Part shown: positions 24,951 to 38,500 of the stretch, one piece after another
How the letters are laid out: every line of letters begins with the position of its first letter
Numbering within the stretch: the stretch's first letter is position 1
Origin: Octopus sinensis
Lineage: Eukaryota
Length of the DNA stretch: 64,000 bases
Direction of reading: 5' to 3'
NCBI RefSeq assembly: GCF_006345805.1
Contig: NC_042999.1
Span: 112,220,001-112,284,000, forward strand
Program-made: the position numbers and the translations under genes
Notes under the pieces: generated by a model
The model's input: the letters and a program-made list of their open reading frames with translations, nothing else
Databases searched by the model: none
What the model was told of the DNA's origin: nothing

Positions 24951-26012
24951 CTAAACAAACTCAATCTCAGCAGTAATTGCTGTGACGTTCTGTCTATGTA
25001 AATTAATAAGAATATTGTATCTTAAATATATTACATAAATAATACAGAATATTTATCATTAGTTACCTCACAGGACATCCAAACATTTCGTTCATTATTC
25101 ACTTCCTCAGCCGCAGTTAAACTAAAAGTAGTTACTCGTTTATCCGCCTGCACAAAATATATATATATTAGCTGTTGACATCAGTTGTATTCGTATATAA
25201 AACAGCCAGGAACAGACATAGGATACCGAAATCTGTATGCTGTACAAACAAAGCTGTTAGATGAAAGTGAGGTCCACTTAATTTGAAATTAAGGTAAGAG
25301 GGCCCAGTGATTCTTGGAAAGCCGAAGAACGTGTTGGTTGATCACTGATCCTTAGCTATAGAAAATTCTGGGACCTGATTACAGTCTATTTTAATAATAA
25401 GACTAATTATAAGTTTATTAAACATATTACATTTGATTTTATATACGCATACACATACACACGTGCTCGTGTGCGTGTATGTGCGTGTATTTGTAAGCAT
25501 AGTTCGAAAATTACAACATAAAATAAATAAATGCATAAAAAAATAGATAAATACATAAACAAATGAATGCTTCCTCACAGATGTAGCTTGATCTGAGTGG
25601 CAAAAGTAGCATGATGCTGAAGACACATATTTGTATATATGCATGTGTATGTATACGCATATATGTGTGTATGTATGTGTATGCGTGTGTTTTTTTTTTT
25701 ACACGTACATAGGTGTTCGTGACAATCAAAAGTAGACACTTGCATGTGTTCATTCATCAGTTACATAGCGATTCTGTGCAGTGTGTTTTGTGTGTTTGTA
25801 TTAACACCCCCCTTTCTCCTTCACTCCTTTTAACCATGTGTAAATATGCACACAAAGCCATGTGTTTGTGTAAATATGTATGCACCTGTGTATCCACACA
25901 GATGCACACAGTGTCAAAACAACAATGCAATATAAGAAGAACACATGAAGATTAGCAAACAATTCACACATTTACTCCTGAGTGATATCACTTTCTTTCT
26001 CACTCTCCCTCT

Positions 26013-26060
<48 letters not shown>

Positions 26061-26272
26061 ACTTACACTCCCCAGGGCATTATTGTCGCAGTCCAACAGA
26101 GGTAAGCCAAAGCAGCTTGCAGACCTGTGTTAATGACGTACAAATGGACTGAGTGCAGATCAACAACACAAGACTTCAAAGAGATGTAATGACTGCATTG
26201 CTCTGAGGCAACCATAAGCAAGCAGATATTACTGATCACACAGAGAAACTATAATAAACGAAAGAAGGAAAG

Positions 26273-26351
<79 letters not shown>

Positions 26352-26599
26352 TTCTTTTCTTCTCCCCGTTTTTTTTAGCAAATATAACTCTAAGTAGAAA
26401 GAAAGAAAAAAAGAAAGGAAGGAAATAGAAGGAAAAGGGGGAAAAAAAGTAAATATTTCTTAGAGAATCATATTGGGACAAAACTAAGAGCCTATGGATT
26501 AATAAATGTCTTGAAGTTAATCTTAACAGTTTTAAATGATTGTAAATTGAAGGAAGTTGCTAGTGACATAGCAGCTTCGGTGTTAATGAGACGTTATGA

Positions 26600-26790
26600 T
26601 GAGTGATATTGTTGGTAGAATGGGTAAAGCGTCGGACAGAATTACTTTCCGTTATTTAATTATGATCCTTTACATTCCGAGTTCACATCACATCGAAGTT
26701 AACTTTTACATTTCATCCTTTCGGGGTCAGTAAAATAATGTACAAATCAAATATTGGGGCTGAGTTAATCGTGTGACCCATCTCCTAATT
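26600..26790 (+). mobile_element. SINE family 1 (old, diverged)
   Basis: ccgagttcacat...tttcatcctttcggggtc...aaaataatgtac. Confidence 0.65.
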
Positions 26791-26814
26791 TTCTAAACTT
26801 AAAAATTATTTTAA

Positions 26815-29100
26815 AGACTTTGCTAATTCAGTTTTTGTCCAATCTACAAAAGCTGCTGGGTATCAAAGAAATGATACTGCCCAAGTATTTACAGTATTCA
26901 CTAGGTTCGGATCATTTAGCTTTGACTTCATTGGCTTCCTCGCCCTTTTGATGTACTCCTCAATTTTCGTTTTCATTTCTATATTTAGTACCCTGTCAGA
27001 TTCTAATACATCTAGGTACTTATAACTCTTTCCTCCTTTCAACGATTTTAATGTCTAGCCATTTGGTAACTGGATGCCTTCGCAGTTGACTACTTGTCCC
27101 CTTCTCATGACTAATATTGCACACTTATCTATGCCGAATTCCATGCCTATATCTTTGCTGAAGTGTCTTACAGTCTATATTAAGCAATCTATCGCTATTT
27201 TCATTCCTACTAAAAAGTTTCAGATCATCCATGTAGGGCAAATGGTTAATTTTTTCCCTGACTATTTCTGAATTGATACTCTGCCTTTGCCTTCTTTAAA
27301 ATTAAACTGAGGAGGATCAAACATAAGACAAATGTTAAAGGGGACAACGAGTCCCCCTGGAAAATTCCTCTTTTGATATTAACTTTCCTTAAGTGTGTCA
27401 CCTGAGTAGAGATCTACTTACCATTTCTTCATGCTAAAGCTAATTAATTCTCTTATGTTGTCTGCTATACTGAATGTACTCAGACATTCACTTATCCATG
27501 AGTGTGGGATCATGTCATAATCTTTCCTATAATTTATCCATGCTATTTGATTTTTGTATCAAACTTTTAGATTTTTCTTTCTTTCATTTAGAACTGCTTT
27601 GTCTATGTATAATAGATCGTGCATTCCTTTAACCTTCTTCTTACAACCTTTGTTCTTCTGACAGTAAATTCTGATTGTCAAGGTGCTCGTAAATGCTTTC
27701 TGAAAGCATTCCTGTTAACAGCTTCCACACTAATGGTAAGCAAGTGATTGGTCTATAGTTGCTAGCTGTATTACCCTTGCTTTTATCTTTCATAAGGTGT
27801 ATGGCCCTCCCTCTTGTCATCCAATCTGGTATTATTCTTCCATTAAGACAATCCTCAATTTATTCCCCCAGCCTTTCAAGTAAACTACTGAATTTCTTCA
27901 GCCAGTACCCTTGAACGAAATCTAGTCTTGGGCCCTTCCAATTCGGCATTTTCCTAACACTTTATTCATTAATGCACTAGTTAATCTTAAATCTGGCTGC
28001 TTCTCACTCACTATTTCTTCCCTCACTTTCTTTAACTATACTGCATCTCCTTTATGATTGACTGGCTTATCCCAAATATTACTCTAGAACTTTCTAGCTT
28101 CTTCTGCATTAGATTTTTCATCTTCAGTACTTCGTTCTCCACTATTTATTTGGTTATGAAATCTCCTCTGGTCTGTCTCAAATAATCTATTCTGTTGATA
28201 CTGTTCTATTCTTTTCTGATATCTGGAGAGCTTACCTGTTACTGCTATGATACGCTGTTTCAACTCATTAAAACTGTCCCAAATCCTTTCTCTTTAACTA
28301 AGTATCTTTTCTGAAGGGAAGATTTGCATCTTGTGTTTCCTAACTTTTCCAGGCTTCTATTCTACTTAGATCTTGTCTTAGAGTCTTCATTTTATTTTGT
28401 AGTTTCCTTTTCCACATTTGCTCTTTTTTTAATCTTTTCCTGTGAGATATCTAATCTTCTGGTGAGTACTGCCCCTCCTGCATAGATCAATAAGTTAGTG
28501 TCTTCGATATTTTTAGTATCTATCCTTCTGATAACAGAATCTACTTTCCTAGTCATTCCTAGCAGCTTCCTTCTCTTGGTGCCTTTTAATGCTCGCAGTC
28601 TTTTTCTTGCTTCTTTACTCATTACTACCTGCAACTCAGCTAAAATCTTCTGATCTTCCTCACTTATATCCCTTAAGTCATTGGTGTCAGTTGACCCTTC
28701 CTTATTGGTAGCGCTATTATTATTTTTTCCTTTAGGTTCTTCTTTGGTTTGGGCTGTATCTCTTATGTTGTCTTTCCTACTGCCTGTCTTTCTTTTCCAG
28801 TTCTCTTCTACCTCCAATTCTGTCATCTACTTCCTTCTCCTAATGGCATTAGCTTAAGCTACTAATCTCAGCTCAGTCACTTTAAACATGCCCTTCCCTA
28901 CCCAAAATGTTAACATCCGTTTTCTAGAGCCCCTTTTTTTAGGTTCACTTTCTATGTAGCGCTGTATCACTATCCTATTTACTTCGCTGGTCCACTTCCT
29001 CCTTCTTACTCTATTATCTGTTGATGCTGTTTTATGATAACGATTGTGGTCAGTTTGCATCTTAACTGAACCATTGCCGAGCTAGAAGCCTTCCTTTAAA
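26815..29100 (-). mobile_element. R4-type LINE subfamily C, N-terminus through RT, 3' part missing
   Basis: RRRKWTSEVNRIVIQRYIESEPKKRG (ORF 28854-29060), GIFQGDSLSP (about 27335-27365), YMDDLKLF (about 27220-27235), NTWAVS thumb; many stops. Confidence 0.88.
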
Positions 29101-29551
29101 TATCCAGCTTCATTTTCTTTGTTAAAATCAGAGTTTCCTCGGAAACTCCTGTTTCTCACAAACTGAAGGTAACGTCATCACCACTCTATTTTTCTACATC
29201 TGATAGTTTCAAGCAACTTTCTATTGCATTATTTATTGCACCTTTGTGCTGGTGGAGTGGTGTGCGCTGCATTTTTGGGGGGAGGGAGGATACTGTATTG
29301 TATTAGCATGTTTTGTTATGGAGTTTGGTTTGAGTCTTCTGTTGTATTAGTTTTTTTGTATTGTGCGTTGTTTGTGCAGCGCAGTTTGAGTTCTGTCGGG
29401 TGTTGGCCTTCTATGACAAATATTGTGGGTTTTGTTTGGTATTTAAGTTATGAGTTTATTTCTGTGTTTTGGAGGGAGTGTTGCATAGTGTATGTAAATC
29501 ATAATTAACTATTTCATAGTATTTATGGTTATCTGTCCACCTTTCTTTCTC

Positions 29552-29641
<90 letters not shown>

Positions 29642-29656
29642 CAGTAGTAGTATGAT

Positions 29657-29851
29657 AAGGGCGGCGAACTGACGAATTGTTAAGCGGTGTTTCACCCATC
29701 GCAACGTTCTGAGTTTAAATTCCGCCGAGGTCGACTTTGCCTTTCATCCTTTCCGGGTCGATAAATTAAGTACCGGTGAAACACCGGGGTTGATGTAATC
29801 GACCATTCCCTCCCCCAAATTTCAGGCCTTGTGCCTTTAGTAGAAAGGGTT
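29657..29851 (+). mobile_element. SINE family 1, (ATT)-tailed
   Basis: aagggcggcgaactg head; tail aggccttgtgcctttagtagaaagggttatt. Confidence 0.88.
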
Positions 29852-29861
29852 ATTATTATCG

Positions 29862-30095
29862 TTCAGTGGTCTTATTTTTACCATGTGCTTTCACTGCACT
29901 ACCAAGCGCAGCTCTTTGTGCCTTGGGTATGTACTGTGGTTTGTTGTGGTGCTCTTATTTTCACTGTATTGTTATATACATTTGTAAGTCTTGGTGTTTT
30001 GGTTATGTATTTGTATGAATGTTTATTTTATACCTAATGCACCTACTATGACAGGAATTGTTTGTTTTTAGGCTCCACATTCGAGTTACCTCTAT
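29862..30095 (-). mobile_element. R4/Dong-type subfamily A, short 3' fragment
   Basis: Colinear with 16745-17050 apart from an internal deletion; (ATT)n at both ends. Confidence 0.85.
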
Positions 30096-30165
30096 GTATT
30101 ATTATTATTATTATTGTTGTTATTATTGTTGTTGTTGTTGTTGTTGTTGTGTTGTTGTTGTTACT

Positions 30166-30390
30166 ATAAGTGCGACAAGCTGGGAACATCGTTAACATGC
30201 TGGATAAAAATGCGTAGCGTTATTTCACCCGTCGCTACGTTCTGAGTCCAAATTCTGTCGTGTTGACTTTGCTTTTCATCCTTTCGATGTCGATAAAATA
30301 AGTACCAAGTGAGTACTGGGATCAATGAAATCGACTACTCAACCACCCACCCAAAAATTCAGGCCTTGTGCTTATATTAGAAAGGATTAT
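30166..30390 (+). mobile_element. SINE family 1
   Basis: Body and tail aggccttgtgcttatattagaaaggattatt. Confidence 0.85.
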
Positions 30391-30420
30391 TATCATCATC
30401 AACATCGTCGTCGTCATCAT

Positions 30421-30480
<60 letters not shown>

Positions 30481-30482
30481 CT

Positions 30483-30565
<83 letters not shown>

Positions 30566-30570
30566 TGCTG
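30391..30570. repeat. Compound (ATC)n-(AGC)n-(AGT)n microsatellite
   Basis: Directly visible. Confidence 0.95.
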
Positions 30571-30689
30571 TTGTTACTTTGGCTTTTGCTGTTTTTGTTG
30601 TTCCTGTCACCATAGAACCACTGCTTCATAATCATTATATGTTTGGATTTTGCTTTGTATTCCTACAAGTTGACTCCATGTCTCATCCA

Positions 30690-31340
30690 GGGACCTCAAG
30701 TGACAACAAATTAGAAGTTCAAGTTGGTGTTCTAACCAGAGTGCCATATATTTGGTCTTGCACAGAGAATGTCTGTCAAAGCATAAATAAATTAGAAATT
30801 TGTTTTAAAAGTAATTTGATTGTAAGATGTCAGTCTGATGTTAAGATAACTGTAAAAGGTAGTATTTGCTGTTATGTACATTTGAAATTATTTTGACACT
30901 GTTTACAGATAGAAATATTAGGTGATTACATAGACAATATTTTACGTAGGATATGGGCAGTTCCCATGAGGAGGTATGATTTTTGTCTGAAATCCGTCAA
31001 TATATTGTCTGGTCTATTTGCATCTATCTTTCAGTTTGAACGGGGAAGTTCCAAAGGAGTGAGATGCAGTCATTTTCAAGCATTGGCGGTGGTTTGTGTT
31101 CCCACCAGTTTTTATCATGAGGCAGATCCAAGTCTTTGCAAATTACCCAGTGGTTATACTGTATTGCTCTATCATGCCTGTTGAGATAGGTGCAAGAAGG
31201 TGTAGGTGCAAGAAGACTGTATACGGAGACAACATGATCGATGGTTTCATTTTGTTATTTACAGACACATGCTGGGCTACTGCTGTTCTTTAAGATGTTG
31301 GCCTGGTATCTTCTTGTAGGTAGGTATTGATCTTGGGCTG
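30690..31340 (-). mobile_element. R4-type LINE 3' fragment, a further subfamily (E)
   Basis: AAQDQYLPTRRYQANILKN...ETIDHVVS...YLNRHDRAIQYNHWVICK...WWEHKP...LLWNFPVQT. Confidence 0.8.
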
Positions 31341-31546
31341 CGATCTTCTTTCAATTCTATTTCCATTTCTTGCCGAATGTCTTCCTGACACCTAGAGCAG
31401 AGAAACGTACTGTATACATTGGTAAGCCGTAAAAACAAGCACACCAGAGTCATGTGATAGAGCAAAAGGAGGAAGACAGAGAAATAGGAAAAATAAAAAA
31501 TAGAAAAGTAAACAAATAACATAAAGGGGAACTATTATTATTATTG

Positions 31547-31628
<82 letters not shown>

Positions 31629-31641
31629 CATTATTATTATT

Positions 31642-33450
31642 GTGTACTTTCACTGCTCTCCCAAACACAAGTCTATGCAGTTTGAGTAAGCATAGTGTTT
31701 TGTTTCGTTTTGTTGTTTCTACTGTATTGAAAGTACTCTATATAATATACCTTCAGTGCCCAGCAGAGCTATATTCTGTATGTTACACATATTTCTAAAT
31801 TTGGGTGATGTATCTCTGTACATAGATCTCAATTATTCCCAAGGCATCCATTACTATAAGGATGTTTTGTTTACACGCCCCCATATTTTGGTTATCTCTC
31901 TCCAGATCTTTGTAATTGTCTAATTTCTCCATTTCTTTTAAAGATACTTTCTCGTCTGTTGATACTGATTCTCCGATTAGGAGACATTTCCCTTCTTGGA
32001 GATTCTTGACAATACCTCCTTGATTAACCTTAATCTGTCTGCATGTGTGAGCATATCCTAGAGTACGGTGTTTGCTTGCCATTCTTGGTGAACTTTTCTG
32101 GTGTACGCTTATACCACCTCTTTTTTTTTTCATAATGCTTGCTTATTTCGAAGCTAAGGTTGGGCAACCAGAAACAGTAGAAGTCACTGTTCTTCTCCAC
32201 CTCCACAAATTCTACAATTGCTTCATTCTGCTTCATTACACGTTTTTAATAGTTTCTAGCGAGGAGGATTTCATCATATGCCACAATCAAGAACCCTTCA
32301 TTCTCAACTCTGCATCTTGCTCTTTTCGCCAACTATTGTGGTTTTCCTTGTCTCCTTCCCTGATTAGCTTTTATCAGTTATAGGAGCTTTTCTTACTATC
32401 CGGGCTATTTCTTCTGTTATTATGGGTTTCTTTAATTGTTGAGATTGTGTGTTTCTTGCTTTGAGAAATCTTGTCTGAGATGATTTCTTCGCTTTCCATA
32501 CTCCCCAAAATTCTTCAACTACTCTTACATTTCTTTTATTTTTTTTTTCTAACCTAGTTCTTGATAAAATCGTTTTAGATCGAAATCAAATAGTTCATTT
32601 TGTTCAAAGAAGTTAACAATTTTTCATTTTTTACACCGAAGGATATCTTCTTTCAGGCGTTCATTGATTCCTGACACCATTTTTATATTTTACTTTCAGT
32701 ATATTAATTACATATTATATAAGTATTTCATATCATACCATTTTCATATTATGTTTATATTATACTAGTGATTGTCTTTCACTTTGTCTTTCTATTATGT
32801 CATTTCACTATTGATTTCATTAAGGATTTTCTATCATTTTCTGTCTTTTTATGTATATTTGTTCTCATGTAGATGACTTAGGTTTTGAAGTTCTTTACTG
32901 AGTAGACCTAAAAGAATTCCCGCTTTGTTTTTATAACAACAGTGGCTACTGTATACATTATTTCGTTCAGCCTGGTAATGCTGACGTTTGTATCTGTTTT
33001 AATTAAGTTTACAACGACAAATTTGTTTTTCTTATTTTTGTTGCTATTTTACTGACGAGTCTTATCCTTGGGAGGTACTCTCTTTAGTTCTTAGGAAGAT
33101 CTTTTCTTTGTAATTCTTGAAATATCTTCACCTTTAGATTGTCATGTTCATGATTTCTACCTTTAGAATTTCTTATATATTTCTCGCGTTAACATTTCTT
33201 TTCTTTTTTTTTTCTTTGATACGGTTCGGTTTTTGTTGGTTAGTATTCTCTAGACGTTCCAGAATTTTACTTTCTGATTTACTTTATTTGTTTGCCCGTG
33301 TTCATTCTAACTTCGTGGTGTGCGTGCTCAGTGTTTTTATTTTTCATTTTGTTATTTTACATTCGTTGCTTGTGTTTTCGTGATGTATTTTACATGTTCA
33401 TTTCGAATTGCTGATAATTTTTCGTATTAAGAATGTATCTACTTAGGCAA
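31642..33450 (-). mobile_element. Old, internally deleted subfamily-A-like R4 LINE
   Basis: KCLLIGESVSTDEKVSLKEMEKLDNYKDLE (ORF 31795-32133), SNCRICGG finger remnant near 32200, A-type 3' UTR abutting (ATT)n at 31525-31641. The 5' extent is less certain. Confidence 0.65.
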
Positions 33451-33504
33451 GCTAGTTTATTGTATCTATCGTTACATTTACATCCACGCTATTGCCCCTT
33501 CAGT

Positions 33505-33733
33505 GGAGGTGCATGGCTTAGCGATTAGGGTGTGGTCTTATAATCGTAAGATTGTGGTTTCGATTCTTGGACTGGGCGACGCGCTGTGTTTTAGAGCAAA
33601 ACATTTCATTTCACGTTGTTCTAGTCAACTCAGCTGACAAAAAGAGTAATTCAGTGTTCCGTTGAAGTAGGGAATATATACGCCATGGAAACCGGGAAAC
33701 CGAGCTTATAAGACTCGAGAAGGAACTTTATCT
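33505..33733 (+). mobile_element. SINE family 3
   Basis: ggaggtgcatggcttagcgattagg...ggtttcgattc tRNA-like head; gagcaaaacatttcatttcacgttg core shared with 46086-46419 and 48921-49182. Confidence 0.8.
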
Positions 33734-33796
33734 TAATTGTCCTTTCAAATGCATTGTCGAAGTTTCGTTTCGGAATAAGACCGATGCTGTGTATAC

Positions 33797-33849
<53 letters not shown>

Positions 33850-33897
33850 GTGTGTGTGTGTGTGGTGTGTGTGTGTGTGTGTATGTGTGTGTGAGTG

Positions 33898-33940
<43 letters not shown>

Positions 33941-34747
33941 AACATATTCCTCTTAAGGTCATACCTTTTCTGCTTCATTTGCAAAATATTATGAGTAAAC
34001 TTCAGCTTTTTATTAAGATTATCATCATTTTCGTCCGATGCTTATTTATTTGATGCCGAGCCATTTTGATTTTTCATTCCTTTTGTGTTTGTTGATAGTG
34101 AATTTAATCTGTTTGGTGTAGATGTGGAATGTATCCCGATAGTTGCTTTTAAAAAAATTTTGACATGTTATGAGATTGCCAACAACTATAAACATTTGTA
34201 ATAAAACAAATTACATATGGTACTAAATAATACATTTTGCAGTGTATTATTGACTTAATTAGTTAACCTTAATATTTTCCTCATTTTCTTCATTAGATTT
34301 GTTGTTTACAATCGTTGCTATTAAATATTTACAGAGCAATAAAATAACATTATTGTAAAATTATCGAAATCTGCGGGAAAGTGGCGAACATGAACCGAAT
34401 CAACGGGCCTACACTAAACATACACTTATTAGGCGGCAAATGATAGCTGATGGAACATCTGCCTTTAGTACTCAGGCTAATCTAAGAACTGTAGATTTTC
34501 CTGATTGGTCCTAATGTAGCTATCCCCACTATTGTGAACATTTCTTTGTTGCTTTTTTTGTTGTTGTCGCTTTTTGTTATAATTAATTTTACGAGCTTAA
34601 GTAACTCTCCCACATACACACACAAACACACACACACACACACTCTCACATAATGTGTTGTGCTCTGATCTTTGTACTGTTCTCATTTTCCTTGAGGCCG
34701 GATGGGCTGCAAAATCATTATTACTACTATTATTATTCCAAGGGCAT

Positions 34748-35310
34748 AAGGCGGCGAGCTGACAGAATCGTTAGTGAAATGCTAAGCGATATTTCGCCCG
34801 TCGCTACGTTCTGATTTCAAATTCCGCTGAGGTCATCTTTACCTTCCATCCCATCGGGGTCAATAAAATAAGTACCAAGTGCATACTGGGGTCAAGCTAA
34901 TCGACTGGCCCCCTCCTCAGGCCTTGTGCCTATAGTAGAAAGGATTATTCTAAGGGTATTCCGCCGAGGTCGACTTTGCCTTTCATCCTTTCGGAGTCGA
35001 GAAAGTAGATACCAGTAAAACCATGGAGTCGATGTAATCGACTAATCCTCTTCCCCAAAAATTTCTGGCCTTGTGCCTTAAGTAGAAAAGATTATTATTC
35101 TAAGGGTAGCGAATTAGCAAGAAAATACCTTGCGAGGTTCTCACTCGGGTATATTACATTTTGAGTTAATATCCATCTAGCCCAAGGTCAATTTCGTCTT
35201 TTCATCTCTCCGGGATTGATACAATAAATACTCAATTACGGGAGTTATCGTATCGATTTACACCCTCCAATCAAATATTGCTGGTTTAATACCGAAATCA
35301 GAAGCTAGTA
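34748..35310 (+). mobile_element. Three head-to-tail SINE family 1 copies
   Basis: 34748-34943 full, 34959-35093 5'-truncated, about 35103-35310 old; separated by repeats of attattc(c/t)aaggg(c/t)a. Confidence 0.85.
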
Positions 35311-35483
35311 TTTTCTTTTTTATCTTTGTATTTATGTACTATTGCCATTGTAATTGTTTTTAAGAGATTATGAATAAGATTGTTCTACAAGATATATGAA
35401 AGACATTTTTGCTATTAGTTTACTCAGAGTCTGATACTTTCGTGCGTATAAGCAATTTATGTGTGTCAAAAGCAGACATCATA

Positions 35484-35759
35484 TATTCTTTTCTACTCTA
35501 GGTACAAGGCCCGAAATTTGGGGGGAGGGGGCCATCGATTAGATCAACCCCAGTACGTAACAGAGGGGACAAACAAGGACAGACAAACGGATTAAGTCGT
35601 TTATATCGACCCCAGTGCATAACTGGTACTTAATTTATCGACCCCGAAAGGATGAAAGGCAAAGTCGACCTCGGCAGAATTTGAATTCAGAACGTAGCGG
35701 CAGACGAAGTACTGCTAAGCATTTTGCCCGGCATGCTAACATTTCTGCCAGCTCGCTAC
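35484..35759 (-). mobile_element. SINE family 1, composite of two tail types
   Basis: Full head at the right end; both the gacaaacaaggacagac and the acaaggcccgaaattt tail segments are present. Confidence 0.85.
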
Positions 35760-35935
35760 TTTGCAGACATCATATATTAATGAAATGACCTTAGCAACAA
35801 TGTAGGATGTATTTGGTTGGACGTATTACAACGCACTTCCTGGGCGGCGGCAATGTTAGTGCTTTAACAACAAAATGAAAATCTTTTCCGTTCATCTTTA
35901 CTACGAGATCTATGTACATACATACATAAACAGAC

Positions 35936-35972
<37 letters not shown>

Positions 35973-35977
35973 ATATA

Positions 35978-36010
<33 letters not shown>

Positions 36011-36228
36011 ATATATATATATATATATATATACAAACACACATACATAGAGAGATAAATAGGGAGAGAGAGAGAGAGAGAGATGTGTGTGTGTGCATAC
36101 ACACAATACAGATATACATAAACTTTTATAGGTATATACACATGAATGTCTGTGAGTGTGTGTGAGTGTGCACAAACATAATTTATGTGACTGTACACAT
36201 ACACACATATATATTGTATGTATGTATG

Positions 36229-36259
<31 letters not shown>

Positions 36260-36289
36260 GCATGTATGTAATTATATATGTATGCATGA

Positions 36290-36371
<82 letters not shown>

Positions 36372-36594
36372 TGTGTCATATACACAAGAACACGTCGATA
36401 ACTTCAGGCAGTACGTGTTTCAAGACTTTGTATTCCAAATTCTAAAAGACATATAATAACTTCGATTAATGTCTAGACTTTAAAAGTGTAAAATTTTCAA
36501 TTTTCCGAAATACCTTACGGAAAAAATGTATGAAAATGGACGTAAGTAAAACAGGAAATTAATAAATTTGAAGCAGCATAGACACAGAAGAAGC

Positions 36595-37160
36595 AAACGG
36601 TCGATATAATCGACCCCAGCACTGATTGGAACTTTATTTTAACAACTCCTGAGCGATGAAAGCAAAGTTGACATCATTGGATTCAGAATCCAGAATGTAA
36701 AAACACGAAACATATACTACTAGATATTTTTTCGACGCTGTGGCGATTTCATCAATCCGAACATTCATAAACATAAAATACGAAATATTATGGCAAATCG
36801 GTTACTAAACTTATGACGATGGGAATATTAGTTGCTTATAAACAGGGAGATGAGTGTAAGTTGTTATCAATTAAATATAGGGACGAGTAAAAATATGTAT
36901 GTAGAACATACGAAAATTTCACTGAATAAAACGCAATATATAATAAAACACGCAATAAATGTTTTAAAACTTAGGCACAAGACAAACAGTTTTAGGGGAG
37001 TGAGACAAGTCGATTACAAAAACTCCCAATGTTCAACTGGTACTTATTTTATCAAGTCCGAAAGGATAAAAGCAAAGTGGATCCCTGCAAAAACTGAACA
37101 TAAAGAGCCGGAAGAAATGCCGCTAAGCATTTTGGCTGTCAAGCTAACGATTCTGCCCTA
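36595..37160 (-). mobile_element. Two decayed SINE family 1 copies (about 36595-36760 and 36970-37160)
   Basis: gtcgatataatcgaccccag and caactggtacttattttatc...ccgaaaggataaaagcaaagt motifs. Confidence 0.65.
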
Positions 37161-37881
37161 ACGCTAATTAAAACAAGATATTATTAACTTAAGAAATCTA
37201 CTTTTGTTGACTAAGGAACCCCCAATGCCCAGATTATACGCATAATCTTTGAAAACAGACAAGGCCTGCATCGTCTGAAAATGCTCAAATACTCCCCAGA
37301 CTGGGTGGCGTTCAGCCAGTTACACTTCTATCACATGCCTCCACATCCTTTCGCCTCCTTTTATATCTAACACTGGCACCCGCTTCTACCTTCTTACATT
37401 CATTCTACCTTCTTACATTCACACACATTTAAGAATTACACATACACATGAACACACCACGCCCCCACTAGGCCACACCATTATACAGTAACACTTGCAT
37501 ATCTTAGCACACATGCGCACATCAAAACACCACGCACACAGAACTTCACCCTTATGCTCATCTAAAACACTGATACATTCAACACCTCCTCCTCCTCGCA
37601 TCGTAACTTTTTCCCATAGAGCCACTTTCCTACTTGGCTCTTAAACCTTTGCCTATTTTTATTGAACGTTTTTAGGGCCTTTTTTTCTTTTTCTTCTCTT
37701 CTGCCGTTCTTTCCTCTTTCACATTCATGCTTTTTCCTATATTTTTCTTCTGAAGAAGCAATAATGTCCAAAACGTTAACACTCTTCCCTTTCTTTTTAA
37801 ACTTATACAATATCTATTAAAACTTGTCTCTCCTATGTCATTGTCATTTTCTTTTTTGCTTTTGTTCATTGCATTCACAAT

Positions 37882-37931
<50 letters not shown>

Positions 37932-38399
37932 TTGCATATACTGTATATGTATGTGTATGTATGCGCGCGTGTATGTATGTGCAGTCATAGAGGTTGAATA
38001 TACTATACACAGAGATTGTGGATTCTATTAGCAATTTAAAATCAAGAGAAACCAAACCTAGACAAAATATTTTAAATATTTGAAAAAAAAATAAAGTATT
38101 TTAAAACAAGGGAAAGTCTAGGTACACATGCATCATACATATATATAACAAGAGGATATATATATATATATACAGAAAAACAACGAAATACATACATTTA
38201 TATGTACGTATATACAAGCACACACACACATAAACATATATACATATGTATTCATTTGTGCGTGTGTATGTGTGTGTTTCTATCTGTATATATCCATGGA
38301 TAATTGCGTTGATTCACACCTATATATAAGCATATAAATAATTATACATAAATGTATGTCTATGTCTATATAAATACATATCTACATGAATAGATATGT

Positions 38400-38442
38400 A
38401 TGCACACACATATATATATAAACATATGTATGTACGTATGTA

Positions 38443-38500
<58 letters not shown>

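Noticed and set aside
25205-25292. Strong donor AAG|GTAAGA with an upstream AG
   Set aside because: All three frames contain stops and the acceptor is poor.
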